From assembly GCA_016177705.1 (NCBI GenBank), contig JACOUT010000005.1, positions 286,374 through 350,373 of the forward strand: 64,000 nt of DNA. The letters are read 5' to 3'. Below are positions 33,099-42,889 of this stretch, piece by piece (positions within the stretch are counted from its first letter, which is position 1; each line of letters starts with the position of its first letter). The translations under genes were made by a program, and so were the position numbers. This DNA is from Deltaproteobacteria bacterium. GTDB lineage: Bacteria; Myxococcota; UBA727; VGSZ01. Below the pieces are notes generated by a model, which saw nothing but the letters and a program-made list of their open reading frames with translations, was not told where the DNA came from and did not search any database.

Positions 33099-34544
33099 AT
33101 GTCGCACGCACGATCCTCGACGATCACCGCGGGCCTCGTCCTCCTCCTGACCGCCCTGTCGTCGCCGGCGCGTGCGCAGTTGACCGGCACTACCACGCAG
33201 CTCACCACCGACGCCTCGTCGCAGCTCGACCCGGCCATCTCCGGCGACCTGGTGGTGTTCACCGACCTCCGCAACGGCAACGAGGACGTCTATTACGTCG
33301 ACGTCTCGACCATGAGCGAGGTGCAGGTCACCGCCAGCAGCGCCAACCAGCGCCTCAACGACGTCAACGGCACCACCATCGTCTTCACCGACCTGTCGCC
33401 GCCCGGCGCGCACATCAACGCCTTCGACGTCACTAGCGCGGCGATTACCACGCTCACCGGCGCCGCCGTCGATCAGAACCCGCGCATTGACGGCGCCACC
33501 GTGGTGTTCGAGCGCGGACCCAGCAGCGCTCTCGACGTGTACGCGGTCGACACCGCCACGCTCGCGGTCACGGCGCTGGCCGCGACCTCGGCGCAGGAGC
33601 AGGCGCCGGTGGTGTCGGGGACGCGCGTCGTCTACGAGCGCCACGCGACCGCTGCCGCACCGGGCGAGATCGTGCTGCTCGACCTGAGCACCATGACCGA
33701 GACGGTGCTCGGCGACCCACTGCTCGACGATAGACGCCCCGACATCGACGGCGACCTGGTGGTGTGGGACGTGCGCACGGCCGCGGGAGACATCGACGTC
33801 GCACTCCACGACCTGTCGACCGGCGTCGGCACCACGTTGGCGGCGACGGGCAATCAGCGGGCTGCGCACGTGTCCGGACGCGTGGTCGCATTCGACGACG
33901 ACTCGACCGGGACCTCCGACGTGCTGCTGCACCACGTCGACTGGCTGGTGACCACACCGATCGCCGCCAGCACCGCCACCGAGTTTTTGAACGACATCGA
34001 CGGTGGCCGTGTGGTCTACACCTCCAACAGCTCCGGCAACTTCGACATCTGGATGTTCGAGTTCGTCATCGAGCCGCCCACCTGTGAGGTGTCGGACGAC
34101 CTGTGCGTCGACACCACCGGCTCCAGCTCGGCCCATGAGTCGAGTCACCAACGCGGCACCGACGGCGGCCGGCCGCACACCGACGTCGAGGCCTTCGCCG
34201 CCACGCCCGGCCCCGCGGTGTTGGTGGTGCACAACAGCGGCTGCTCCTCGGCGGTCGCCACGCTCAACGGTGAGCGCGTGATCTTCCCGAGCGACCTGAA
34301 CCAGCGGGTCACGTGCTTCACGCGCGACGTGACGCTGGCGGCCGACAACACCCTCGAGGTGCAGGTGCGCAGCCGGCCGGGTTGCTCGATCGACGTCTCG
34401 ATCCTGACCGAGGACGAGTGCACCGACGCCGCGCCGACCACGACCGAGAGCTGCGAGGCCTCCACCTTCGGCGGTCCGCCGAGCGCGCTCGCCGGTCTGG
34501 CGCTGGCGGTGCTCGTGCAGGTTCGCCGGCGCAGCAGGCACTAG
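33099..34544 (+). CDS. Secreted 7-repeat beta-propeller-like protein with MYXO-CTERM-type tail
   Basis: Signal peptide; seven ~45-aa repeats (SGDLVVFTDLRNGNEDVYYVDVS / NGTTIVFTDLSPPGAHINAFDV / DGATVVFERG...DVYAVD / SGTRVVYERH...IVLLDLS / DGDLVVWDVR...DVALHDLS / SGRVVAFDDD...DVLLHHV / DGGRVVYTSN...DIWMFE). C-terminus ...CEASTFGGPPSALAGLALAVLVQVRRRSRH. Confidence 0.55.
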   Translation: MSHARSSTITAGLVLLLTALSSPARAQLTGTTTQLTTDASSQLDPAISGDLVVFTDLRNGNEDVYYVDVSTMSEVQVTASSANQRLNDVNGTTIVFTDLSPPGAHINAFDVTSAAITTLTGAAVDQNPRIDGATVVFERGPSSALDVYAVDTATLAVTALAATSAQEQAPVVSGTRVVYERHATAAAPGEIVLLDLSTMTETVLGDPLLDDRRPDIDGDLVVWDVRTAAGDIDVALHDLSTGVGTTLAATGNQRAAHVSGRVVAFDDDSTGTSDVLLHHVDWLVTTPIAASTATEFLNDIDGGRVVYTSNSSGNFDIWMFEFVIEPPTCEVSDDLCVDTTGSSSAHESSHQRGTDGGRPHTDVEAFAATPGPAVLVVHNSGCSSAVATLNGERVIFPSDLNQRVTCFTRDVTLAADNTLEVQVRSRPGCSIDVSILTEDECTDAAPTTTESCEASTFGGPPSALAGLALAVLVQVRRRSRH

Positions 34545-34600
34545 TGGGGGCCGCTGTCGGTTAGTGGAGCGCGCGACGGCGCGCCCGTAGCATCGCCCCC

Positions 34601-36487
34601 ATGGGACACCGAGCGCTCGCCGCGTGCGCGTGCGCCGTCGCGCTGTGCGCGCCGGCGGCGACGGCCGCGCCGCTGTCGTGGCTCTGCTCGGTCGAGGACG
34701 GCGGCACCGTCGCGCCCGGCGCGGTCTTCGACGCGGCAGTGGTGCGCAAGGATGGCGACCGGCTGCTGCCGGTTGGCGCAGTCACCGTCACGGGCGCCAC
34801 GGTGCGTCCATCATCCGACGCGCTGGTGGTGCCGGTGCGTGTGCGCGCGCCGCTCGCCGGCACGCACACGCTCGTGGCCAGCGGCGCGGGCGAGGAGGTG
34901 CGCCGCTCGTTCGTCGTCGCGCCGCTCGCCGATCTCGGGGTCACGGTGGAGCCGGCGCAGGCAGCCAAGACCGACGGCCAGACGCCGCCGGTGACGGTGC
35001 GCGTGGCGGGCGGCGCGGCGGGGGTCACGCCGCACCTGACGGCGAGCAGCGGCTCGCTCGGGGCGCTGGTCGACGATGGGCCGGGCCGCTGGCACGCACC
35101 GTATCGATCGTCGGGCGCGCGCTTCCCCGAGGTCATCGTCATCACCGCGGCGCGCCCCTGGCCCGACGAGGGCAGCCCCGCCTTCGCGCTCGCGCACGCG
35201 GTGCTGCCGCTCGCCGCCGCCATCGTGCTGCCCGGCGAGACCCGCCCCGCCGTCGAGGTCCGAGTGCGCATCGGCGGCGTGGACTTCGGCCCGGTTCGCT
35301 CCGACGAGCGCGGGCGCTTCGATATCCCGGTGGTGGTGCCGCCGGGCGTCGGCACCGCCACCGGCACGAGCGTCGATCGTCTGGGCACCCGGCGCGTCAC
35401 ACCCATCGACCTGCGCCTACCGCCGACCAACCGCATCGCGGTGGCGGCGTTCCCGGCGGAGCTGGTGGCCGGTGAGGACGCCGAGGCCGTCATCGCCGTT
35501 GTCGTCGTCGACAAGACGGGCGCTCCGGGGCGCGACACGCCGGTGGTGAAGGCGCGGCGTGGCAAGGTGAGCGAGTTGCGCGCGCAGCAGCATGGCCGCT
35601 TCGTCGCGCGCTACACGCCGCCGGCCACGCCGGGACCCGACGTCGTCGAGGCGCGGCTCGCCGATCGATCGCTCGCTGAGGCCCTGCTCACGGTGCGCGC
35701 CGGTCCACCTGCGGTCGTCACCGCGACGGCCGCTCCCGCGCTCTTGCCTGCGCCCTCGAGCGCTCACGCGGACGTCACGGTGGAGGTGCGCGACGCGCGC
35801 GGGCTGGTGGTGCCGGACGCCGTGGTGACCGCGCGGGCCGCGCGCGGCGGCACCGTCGTGCAGCGCGGCGCGCTGGGCCTGGCAGCGCGCTACACGCCGC
35901 CCGCACGCGCGAGCCCCTGGACCGACGCCGTGCAGGTGGGCGCGCGCGCCGCCGCAGGGACGCTCGCCGCCGCGGTGGCGCTGGCGCCGAAGGGCGACGG
36001 CACCGTCGGCCTGCTCGCCGTCGACGCCGTGGGACGCCCGGTGCCGCACGCGCGGTTACGCGTCGCCACCGGCGGGCTGTTGCGCGCCGACGTGGACGGC
36101 TTCCTGCCGGTGCCGGTGGCGCCCGGGCGTTTTGCCTTCCACGTCGAGGGCAGTGCGTTGCCGGCGACCGTGCTGATCGGGCGCGCGCCCGACGGCAGCC
36201 TGCGCGGCTGGCCGAGCCACCCGGGCGTGCGCGGCGCCGAGGTGGCCATCGACCTGATGGAGCCCACGCCCGTCGATGTGCGCGTGGCGCGCACGCCCGA
36301 CGGCGCGCTCGAGTGGCGCGTGCTCGGCGGCGGCGAAGGTGAACGGACCGTCGCGCTGTCGCGGCCGGGCCGGGCGCCGCTCTTGGTGGGTCGCAGCGGC
36401 ACGCTGCCCATCGCGGCCGACGAGCGGCTGCTGCCCGTCACCGCCACCGACGTCGACAGCGGCGTCTCCGCGGTGCTGGCGCCGTGA
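34601..36487 (+). CDS. Large secreted protein with Ig-like repeat character, hypothetical
   Basis: Signal MGHRALAACACAVALCAPAATA; 628 aa, Val/Ala/Pro/Thr-rich beta-type segments; strong GC3; stop overlaps the next start. Confidence 0.45.
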   Translation: MGHRALAACACAVALCAPAATAAPLSWLCSVEDGGTVAPGAVFDAAVVRKDGDRLLPVGAVTVTGATVRPSSDALVVPVRVRAPLAGTHTLVASGAGEEVRRSFVVAPLADLGVTVEPAQAAKTDGQTPPVTVRVAGGAAGVTPHLTASSGSLGALVDDGPGRWHAPYRSSGARFPEVIVITAARPWPDEGSPAFALAHAVLPLAAAIVLPGETRPAVEVRVRIGGVDFGPVRSDERGRFDIPVVVPPGVGTATGTSVDRLGTRRVTPIDLRLPPTNRIAVAAFPAELVAGEDAEAVIAVVVVDKTGAPGRDTPVVKARRGKVSELRAQQHGRFVARYTPPATPGPDVVEARLADRSLAEALLTVRAGPPAVVTATAAPALLPAPSSAHADVTVEVRDARGLVVPDAVVTARAARGGTVVQRGALGLAARYTPPARASPWTDAVQVGARAAAGTLAAAVALAPKGDGTVGLLAVDAVGRPVPHARLRVATGGLLRADVDGFLPVPVAPGRFAFHVEGSALPATVLIGRAPDGSLRGWPSHPGVRGAEVAIDLMEPTPVDVRVARTPDGALEWRVLGGGEGERTVALSRPGRAPLLVGRSGTLPIAADERLLPVTATDVDSGVSAVLAP

Positions 36488-39400
36488 GCGTGCCGGCGCG
36501 CCTTCCCACGGTGGCGGCGGTGCTGCTGCTCGCGGCCGCCGCACAGGCGCAGAGCGCCGCCGACGCTCCCACGGCTGCGGTGGTGGGCGTTGCCTGCGTC
36601 GACGTCGACGAAGATGGCGCCTGCGGCGCGCGCGACCTGCCGCTCGCCGACACGCCCGTGCGCACGGCGGGCGGGCTTGCGACTCGCACCGACGCCGCCG
36701 GGCGCTTCCACGTGGCCGCGCTCGGCGCCGAGCGGACTACAGGGCTCGGCGACGCGCTGCTGCCGCGGCCGAAGAGCGCTACCCTCTTTCTCGATGTCGA
36801 GCGGCTCGGCCCCGACGCGCGTGCGCCCGCGCCCGCCACGGTGGCGCTCGCGCCCGGCGTCATCGCCCCCGTGGTGTTGGCGGCGCGCCTGCCTGCGCGC
36901 GTCGACGCACCGGCGCCGCGGCTCGCCGGCTCACCTACCGTGCGCATCGACGGCAGCGCGTGGTTCGTCGAGCTGCCGCTCGCGCTCGCCCCCGGGCATG
37001 CGCTCGCGGCCGACGGCGCCCCCGTCGTCGTCGACGCGGCGGGCGCTGCGCGCGTGCCGGTGGCCATCGCCGATCGCGAGGCCGTGCTCACGCTGCTCGA
37101 CTCGGCGCCCGACGGCCGCGTCACGCTGGCGCGGCTGCGCGTGCTGCGCGTGCCGCGCCGTGAAGGCGGCGATCTGGTGGTGACTGCGCCGCTCGAGGTG
37201 CTGGCGCGTGTCGATGTGCCGCCGCGCGCGCGCGCCACCGCGCCGGGGCCGCTGCTGGTGCCGGTGCACGCGGCGCCGGGCGTCGTCGTCGAGCTGGGCG
37301 ACGCGCACGCCGTGGTCGGCGCCGGCGGCGTGGCCTGGCTGTGGACGCGCGCGGCCGAGAGCCTCGACGTGCGTGTGCGCGAGGGCGAGGTGACGTTGAC
37401 GGCGGCACTGCCGCTGGCCGTCGACCCGTTGGCGGCGATGAGCGCGCGCCTGGCCGGTGAGCTGCGCGCCGGCGCCGCGGGCGTGACGCCGTTCGCGCAG
37501 GGCCGCCTGGACGCGCAGCTTCGCGTGCCGTTCGATGCCACCACGGTCGCGGTCGGCGCCAGCGTCGACGATGAGCTGGCCGGTGCCGCGCTCACGGGGC
37601 GGCTGCGCTTGCAGTCGGCGCACACCGGCTATGCGCCGCGCCTCGCCGATGCCGAGACCGACCTCGCTGTTTGGGGCGACGCCTCGACGACCATGCACGA
37701 CAACCCCGGCGGACTCGCGCTCTGGGCGAACGCGCAAGGCCCCTGGGGTGTGGCCGGGCTCGGCGTCGCGCGCACGCCGCTCGACGAGGGCGAGGTCGGC
37801 CGCTTCGATCGTGCGGTGGTCGGTCCCTTCGTCGACGCGGCGGTGGAGCTGGCGAGCGTGCGCGTGGGCGTGGAGGCGGCGGGCGACGCCACCGCCGCGC
37901 CGTTCGTCGACGGCGCCGTGGTGCGCAAGGCGCACGACATCCTCGAGGGCAGCGGCGGGCGCGTCTCTTGGCTGTCGCACCGCGACGTCGTGCCCGGCAC
38001 CGAGCGCGTCGCCATCGAGCTGGTCGATCCGCAAAGTGGGCTCGTGGTCGAGCGCCGCGTGCTGCGCGCCGGCGCGGACTACGACGTCGATCGCGCGAGC
38101 GGTCGGCTGTTGTTGGCCGCGCCGCTCGGCCTCACCACCGGCGTCGACGGCACGCGCGCCGCGGCCTTTGGCTTCGCTTGGCGCTCGCGCCTGGTGGTCG
38201 ACTACGCCTACCTGCCGGCGGCAGGCGAGCCCGTCTCGCACGACGGCGCCGCGCGCGTCTTCGTCCAGGCCGGTGACCATGTCGCCGCCGGGGTGAGCGC
38301 GGCGGTGGCCGGCAGCGCGAGCGAGGCGGCGACCCTGCTCGGCACCGACGTGAGCGCGCGGCCGCTGCCCTGGCTCGCCCTGTCCGCGAGCGCGGCGCAC
38401 AGCGCGGGCGATCCCTTCGCCGCGGCCGACCTCGCGCGCACGCCCGACGCGGGCCTGTCGTATCGCGCGCACGTGCACGACGCCGCGGCCGGTCCCCTCG
38501 ACGGCGACGCCGTGGCACTGCGCGCGCGCCTGGGCGGCGACCGTTCCTTCGCCGCCGTCTGGGGCAGCTACCGCGCGCCCGGCTTCGTCGACGGCGTCGA
38601 CGCCGATCCCTTGGGCGCCTCGCGTGCAGGCGCTGAAGGGCGCGTCGAGCTGTTCAACGTGCTCGCCACGGACGGCCTCGCGGCCGGCACCATCGTCGAC
38701 GCTCGCTCGGGCGCCGACCCGACGAACCTCGCGGCCGGCGCGCGCCTGTCGTCGCTCGACGTGGGCGCGCGGCTCGAAGGCCGCCTCGGCGCCTTTCGCC
38801 TCGCGCTCGACGGCCTGCACCGCCGCGCCGAGCGCACGCTCGGCGAGGGCGTTCAGGTCGGTGAGGCGAGCGCCGCTGGGCTCGAGCTCGGCGTGCAGCT
38901 CGCGACCGACGTCGAAGTGTTCGGCGGCCACCTGCAGCGCGTGGCGGGCGGCGGCGAGGGGCCGGGCGCGGTCGATCCGACGCTCAGCTACCTTGGCGCG
39001 CGCCTGCCGCTGGGCGAACGCGCGCACCTCGAGGGCAGGGTGGGTATCCACCCCGACCTACGCCCGGAGGCGGCGATCACGGCGGACGTCAACGAGGGCG
39101 ACGGACGCACGCGCTACGGCACGGTGGCCGCGGCGAGCGACGCGCCCTGGGGCGGCCGCGGCACCACGCTGGTGAGCGGCGCGCGCGAGCGGCTCGGGGC
39201 CGACGCCGAGGTCTACGTCGAGGATCGGCTGGCGCGGGCGGGGGAGCTGTCGACTGCACCGTGGCGCGGCGCGCGCGTAGTGGGCGCGCGCGTGCGGCCG
39301 GGGCCGCTGTTCGCGGGCGTCTCCGTCGAGAGCGAGGTTGCCCAGGCGGAGCAGCCCGTCGGTTGGCGCGGCGCGATCGCCGCCGACGCGGGCGTCGCGT

Positions 39401-40074
39401 TGCCGTCGGCCATGGTGTCGGCCTTCACCGAGATTGGCGCCGACGACGCGGTGGGCGCGCCGGCGCTGCGTCGCTACGCGCTCGGCGCGCAAGCGCAGGC
39501 CCGCCCGCTCGACGACGTCACCATTGGTGCGCGCGCCCTGCTCGCGCGCGGCGCGCCGCTCGACGGCGCCCCCGAGCGTCCGTTCGCCGAGCTGTTCGTC
39601 GGTGGTGCCTGGCGACCGGCTGCCTTGCCGGACGTGTTCGCACACTACGCGTTGCGGGAAGATCGCCGCGTCGACCTGCTGGTGGAGCGACTGCACCTCG
39701 CGCGCCTCGCGCTCGGGCTCGGTGAGCTGCCCGGCGCGCAACTGTTGCTCGCGGCACAGGGGGCCCAGCACGAGCTGGCCGAGCGCGCGTCGTCGCTCGG
39801 CGTCACGCAGGCGCTGCTCGGCACCGCGCGCATCACGACGCCGATCTGGCTGGTAGAGCCGGCGCTCGAGCTGGGCGCGCGCGGTGTGTTCGGCGCTGGC
39901 CTCGACGCCCAACTCGCGGGTTCGGCGCGGGTCGAGGCAGCGCTCCGCGTTGGCCCCGCCGCTGTCGGTGTCGGCGTGGTGGTGGTCGGCTACACCGGCA
40001 CCGGCCTCGAGCCGATCACGCTCGATCCCGCGGCGCCGCCGATCTACCTGGTCGTGCGCGGGGCGCTACCATGA
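36484..40074 (+). CDS. Giant (1196 aa) secreted protein, possibly outer-membrane associated
   Basis: GTG start overlapping the upstream stop; signal ...VAAVLLLAAAAQAQ; N-terminal carboxypeptidase-regulatory-like segment (VGVACVDVDEDGACGARDL...DAAGRFHV); C-terminal ~450 aa with alternating-polarity strands. Confidence 0.45.
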   Translation: MSVPARLPTVAAVLLLAAAAQAQSAADAPTAAVVGVACVDVDEDGACGARDLPLADTPVRTAGGLATRTDAAGRFHVAALGAERTTGLGDALLPRPKSATLFLDVERLGPDARAPAPATVALAPGVIAPVVLAARLPARVDAPAPRLAGSPTVRIDGSAWFVELPLALAPGHALAADGAPVVVDAAGAARVPVAIADREAVLTLLDSAPDGRVTLARLRVLRVPRREGGDLVVTAPLEVLARVDVPPRARATAPGPLLVPVHAAPGVVVELGDAHAVVGAGGVAWLWTRAAESLDVRVREGEVTLTAALPLAVDPLAAMSARLAGELRAGAAGVTPFAQGRLDAQLRVPFDATTVAVGASVDDELAGAALTGRLRLQSAHTGYAPRLADAETDLAVWGDASTTMHDNPGGLALWANAQGPWGVAGLGVARTPLDEGEVGRFDRAVVGPFVDAAVELASVRVGVEAAGDATAAPFVDGAVVRKAHDILEGSGGRVSWLSHRDVVPGTERVAIELVDPQSGLVVERRVLRAGADYDVDRASGRLLLAAPLGLTTGVDGTRAAAFGFAWRSRLVVDYAYLPAAGEPVSHDGAARVFVQAGDHVAAGVSAAVAGSASEAATLLGTDVSARPLPWLALSASAAHSAGDPFAAADLARTPDAGLSYRAHVHDAAAGPLDGDAVALRARLGGDRSFAAVWGSYRAPGFVDGVDADPLGASRAGAEGRVELFNVLATDGLAAGTIVDARSGADPTNLAAGARLSSLDVGARLEGRLGAFRLALDGLHRRAERTLGEGVQVGEASAAGLELGVQLATDVEVFGGHLQRVAGGGEGPGAVDPTLSYLGARLPLGERAHLEGRVGIHPDLRPEAAITADVNEGDGRTRYGTVAAASDAPWGGRGTTLVSGARERLGADAEVYVEDRLARAGELSTAPWRGARVVGARVRPGPLFAGVSVESEVAQAEQPVGWRGAIAADAGVALPSAMVSAFTEIGADDAVGAPALRRYALGAQAQARPLDDVTIGARALLARGAPLDGAPERPFAELFVGGAWRPAALPDVFAHYALREDRRVDLLVERLHLARLALGLGELPGAQLLLAAQGAQHELAERASSLGVTQALLGTARITTPIWLVEPALELGARGVFGAGLDAQLAGSARVEAALRVGPAAVGVGVVVVGYTGTGLEPITLDPAAPPIYLVVRGALP

Positions 40075-42866
40075 GCGTGGTGCGCGCCCTGGCCCTCGTC
40101 GTCGTCGTGCTCAGCGCCGGTGCGGTGCGCGCGGGTCCCTGGCACGCGCGCGCCGCCGTTGCCATGGGCGTCGCGGCCACCGACGAGATCTCGGCGGTGG
40201 GCCTCACTGTGCTCGAGGGCGATGGCTTCCTGGTCGGGTCATCGCTCGGGCAGATGCACATCCATCCGTTGGCCCACACGCTGGTCGCCGGCCCCACCGT
40301 CGATTCGTTCCTCGTCGCCTCGCCGAGCTTCAGCGTGCGACCTACCATGGCGTTCAGCGCCGGCTACTTCCTGATCACCGGCGACGGCGCGTTGGTTACC
40401 CGCGTGCGGGTCGGCTCGACCGCCGTGAGCCAATTCTCCGGCACCGCCAACTCACCCGACCTGCTCGGCATCGCAGCGGACCCGACCATCAGCGGTCGCG
40501 TGCTCGCCACCTGGTCCGTCGCCTCCTTCGAGAACCTGACGCTGTCGAACAACGCCTTCGCGAGCGCAGCAGCTCCTGCCGACTACCAGGGTCTCGGCTC
40601 CTTCTCGCCGCTGTCGCCGGCGTTGGCGAGCCGAGCGGGCACCGCGGTGGTCATCGGCGACGACACCGGCGCCGCGATCTGGCTCACGACCGACGTCACC
40701 ACGCCGACCAACTGGGTCCAGACGGCGGTGGTGCCGGCCGAGGTCGACGCCAGCGCGGTCGTCGCGGTCAACGACGCGGGCCTCTATCTGATCGCCTCCC
40801 GAGCCAGCACCCTGGTCGTCGTCGACGACCTGACGGCCCTCACCGATCCGCAGGACTGCGTGTCGGCGACCACCGCGGACTTCACCGCAGTGGCAGCGTT
40901 CGGGACCGACTTCGTCTTGGCGGACGCCAACGGCTTCTTTCATCGCCTCGCCATCGACGGCTCTTGCATCCAGGCGTGGCAGGCGTCGCTCGACACCGGC
41001 GTCGGCGGACCGATCCACGCGATCTCGATGCGCAGCCCGCGCGAGATCCTGGTGGTCGGTGAGGATGGCGCGGGCGCGCCGCGCGTCGCGTGGCGCAACC
41101 GGCCGCCGCTGGTGCCGACCATCACGGGCGGCGGCGCGGTCGACGACGACGACGTGGTGGTTGCGTCCGCCACCAGCGACGATCCCGACGCCAACGCGGG
41201 CGTCGCCGACCCGCAGAGCTTCACGTGGACCTGCGATGCCGGCCTGGTCGTGACCGGCACCGACACCGACACCATCACCGTCACGACGCCGCACTTGTGC
41301 GTCGACGCCGCCGTTCCGGGAGCTCGCACCGACTTCGTCTGCACCGTCGTCACCGCCGACGACGAGGGCCTGGCGAGCCCGCCCGCCGCCACCACCTTCT
41401 CCGTCTTGCCCGTCGACGTCGACGCGCCGACCGGCGTCGGCGTCAGCGGCCTGGTCGACGGCGCCGTCGTGCTGACCGGCACCGCGCTGTCGCTGTCGGC
41501 CACCGCCAGCGACGACTGCCTGTACCAAGCGAGCTGGGTGGTGCGCGACGAGGTGGGCGGCCTCGTGCAAGAGCAGGCCGGCCCGGCGTCGTGGAATTCG
41601 CCCTTCACCTTCACCGCCACCACGCTCGGCACCGATCAGCTCACCTGGTACACGCTCGAGCTCTCCGTCACGGACACGGCGGGCAATACCGGCACGCTGC
41701 CGCCGTTCCGCTTCGGCGTCGGCGTGCCGCAGCCGCCGGTGGCGGTCGACCTGTCGTGCCCGACCGACCTCGAGGCCGGCATGCTCGGTGCTGCCGTCGC
41801 CACGCCGCGGCGCGACAGCGGCGTGGTGCTCGACTACCGCTGGCAGCTCGGCGGCGCCGCCGTCATCGCCGACGCGACACCGACCGACGCGACCTTCAGC
41901 TTCCAGACCGATGCGTGCGACGGCGGCGACCGCGCGGTGGTGCGCATGGTGCCGCGCGGCCTGTTCGAGGACGGCGCGCAGCAGGTGTGCACCATCGAGC
42001 TGCTCGATCCAGCCGATCCCGCTCCGCCTGCGCTGTCGCTCGCCGAGGCGCCCGAGCAGGCGGTGGTGCTCGGCGAGCGCGCGGCCGAGGTCGCGCTGCA
42101 CCCGGCGGTCGTGGCGTGCGCGTCCCACGCCGTCCGCGTGGACTGGGACGTGAGCGCGCTGCCCGCGGCGCTCCGCCCCGTCGCGGCGGACGCGTCAGGC
42201 GTCCTCGCGCTCGCGCGCGACCAGGCGCTCGTGCTGTCGGTGCCCCCTGAGCTGCTCGCCACGCTGCAGGGCATGGCGCTGCCGGTGCGCGCCGCCGCCG
42301 TCGACGAGCGCACGGGGCTCGCCTCTGGCACGGCCGAGGTGCTGCTGCGCTTCGCGGTCGACCCGGAGCTTGCCGCCGTCGCAGGTGTCGACGTGCGCCT
42401 CGGCGTGACAGCTACCGGGCCGGTCGACGACGGCGAGCTGGTCGCGGTGGCGGGCACCATCGGCACCGACGTCGCGGTGGCGCTCCCCGCGCTGACCGTG
42501 GCGATCGTCGGCAGCGGCCTGGTGCCGGTGCCCGGCAGCGTCGTGACGGCGAGCAGCTGCGGCGCACGCGCCGTCGTCACCGAGCAAAGCGACGACCTCG
42601 TGTTCACCCTCGATGGCCTGACCTCGAGCTGCCCGCTCGAGCTGCGCCTGCTGGCGCGGCGCGGCTTCGGCGGGGGAGGCCTGGCAGCACAGGGCTGTAC
42701 CTGGGGCGCCGAGCGCGTGCCGTTGTCGCGCTGCGACGGCGGGCTCGCGCTCGAGGCGCCGCCGGCGCTCTCCTGCGGCGCAGGTGGTGTGCCGTCGGCC
42801 TTGCTGCTCGGCCTGGCGGTGCTCGCGGGCGTGCGCTTGCGCCCGTCGAGGTCACGGCGCCGCTGA
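40071..42866 (+). CDS. Giant (931 aa) secreted protein with MYXO-CTERM-type tail
   Basis: The ATG overlaps the upstream stop (ATGA); signal MSVVRALALVVVVLSAGAVRA; C-terminus ...LSCGAGGVPSALLLGLAVLAGVRLRPSRSRRR. Confidence 0.5.
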   Translation: MSVVRALALVVVVLSAGAVRAGPWHARAAVAMGVAATDEISAVGLTVLEGDGFLVGSSLGQMHIHPLAHTLVAGPTVDSFLVASPSFSVRPTMAFSAGYFLITGDGALVTRVRVGSTAVSQFSGTANSPDLLGIAADPTISGRVLATWSVASFENLTLSNNAFASAAAPADYQGLGSFSPLSPALASRAGTAVVIGDDTGAAIWLTTDVTTPTNWVQTAVVPAEVDASAVVAVNDAGLYLIASRASTLVVVDDLTALTDPQDCVSATTADFTAVAAFGTDFVLADANGFFHRLAIDGSCIQAWQASLDTGVGGPIHAISMRSPREILVVGEDGAGAPRVAWRNRPPLVPTITGGGAVDDDDVVVASATSDDPDANAGVADPQSFTWTCDAGLVVTGTDTDTITVTTPHLCVDAAVPGARTDFVCTVVTADDEGLASPPAATTFSVLPVDVDAPTGVGVSGLVDGAVVLTGTALSLSATASDDCLYQASWVVRDEVGGLVQEQAGPASWNSPFTFTATTLGTDQLTWYTLELSVTDTAGNTGTLPPFRFGVGVPQPPVAVDLSCPTDLEAGMLGAAVATPRRDSGVVLDYRWQLGGAAVIADATPTDATFSFQTDACDGGDRAVVRMVPRGLFEDGAQQVCTIELLDPADPAPPALSLAEAPEQAVVLGERAAEVALHPAVVACASHAVRVDWDVSALPAALRPVAADASGVLALARDQALVLSVPPELLATLQGMALPVRAAAVDERTGLASGTAEVLLRFAVDPELAAVAGVDVRLGVTATGPVDDGELVAVAGTIGTDVAVALPALTVAIVGSGLVPVPGSVVTASSCGARAVVTEQSDDLVFTLDGLTSSCPLELRLLARRGFGGGGLAAQGCTWGAERVPLSRCDGGLALEAPPALSCGAGGVPSALLLGLAVLAGVRLRPSRSRRR

Positions 42867-42889
42867 CGCCGATCGTGTAGCTTGTCGGC

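Noticed and set aside
36931-42128. 706-aa and 558-aa minus-strand ORFs overlapping the giant secreted-protein genes
   Set aside because: The plus-strand reading has signal peptides, 4-nt translational coupling and near-uniform G/C third positions; the minus-strand products are low complexity.
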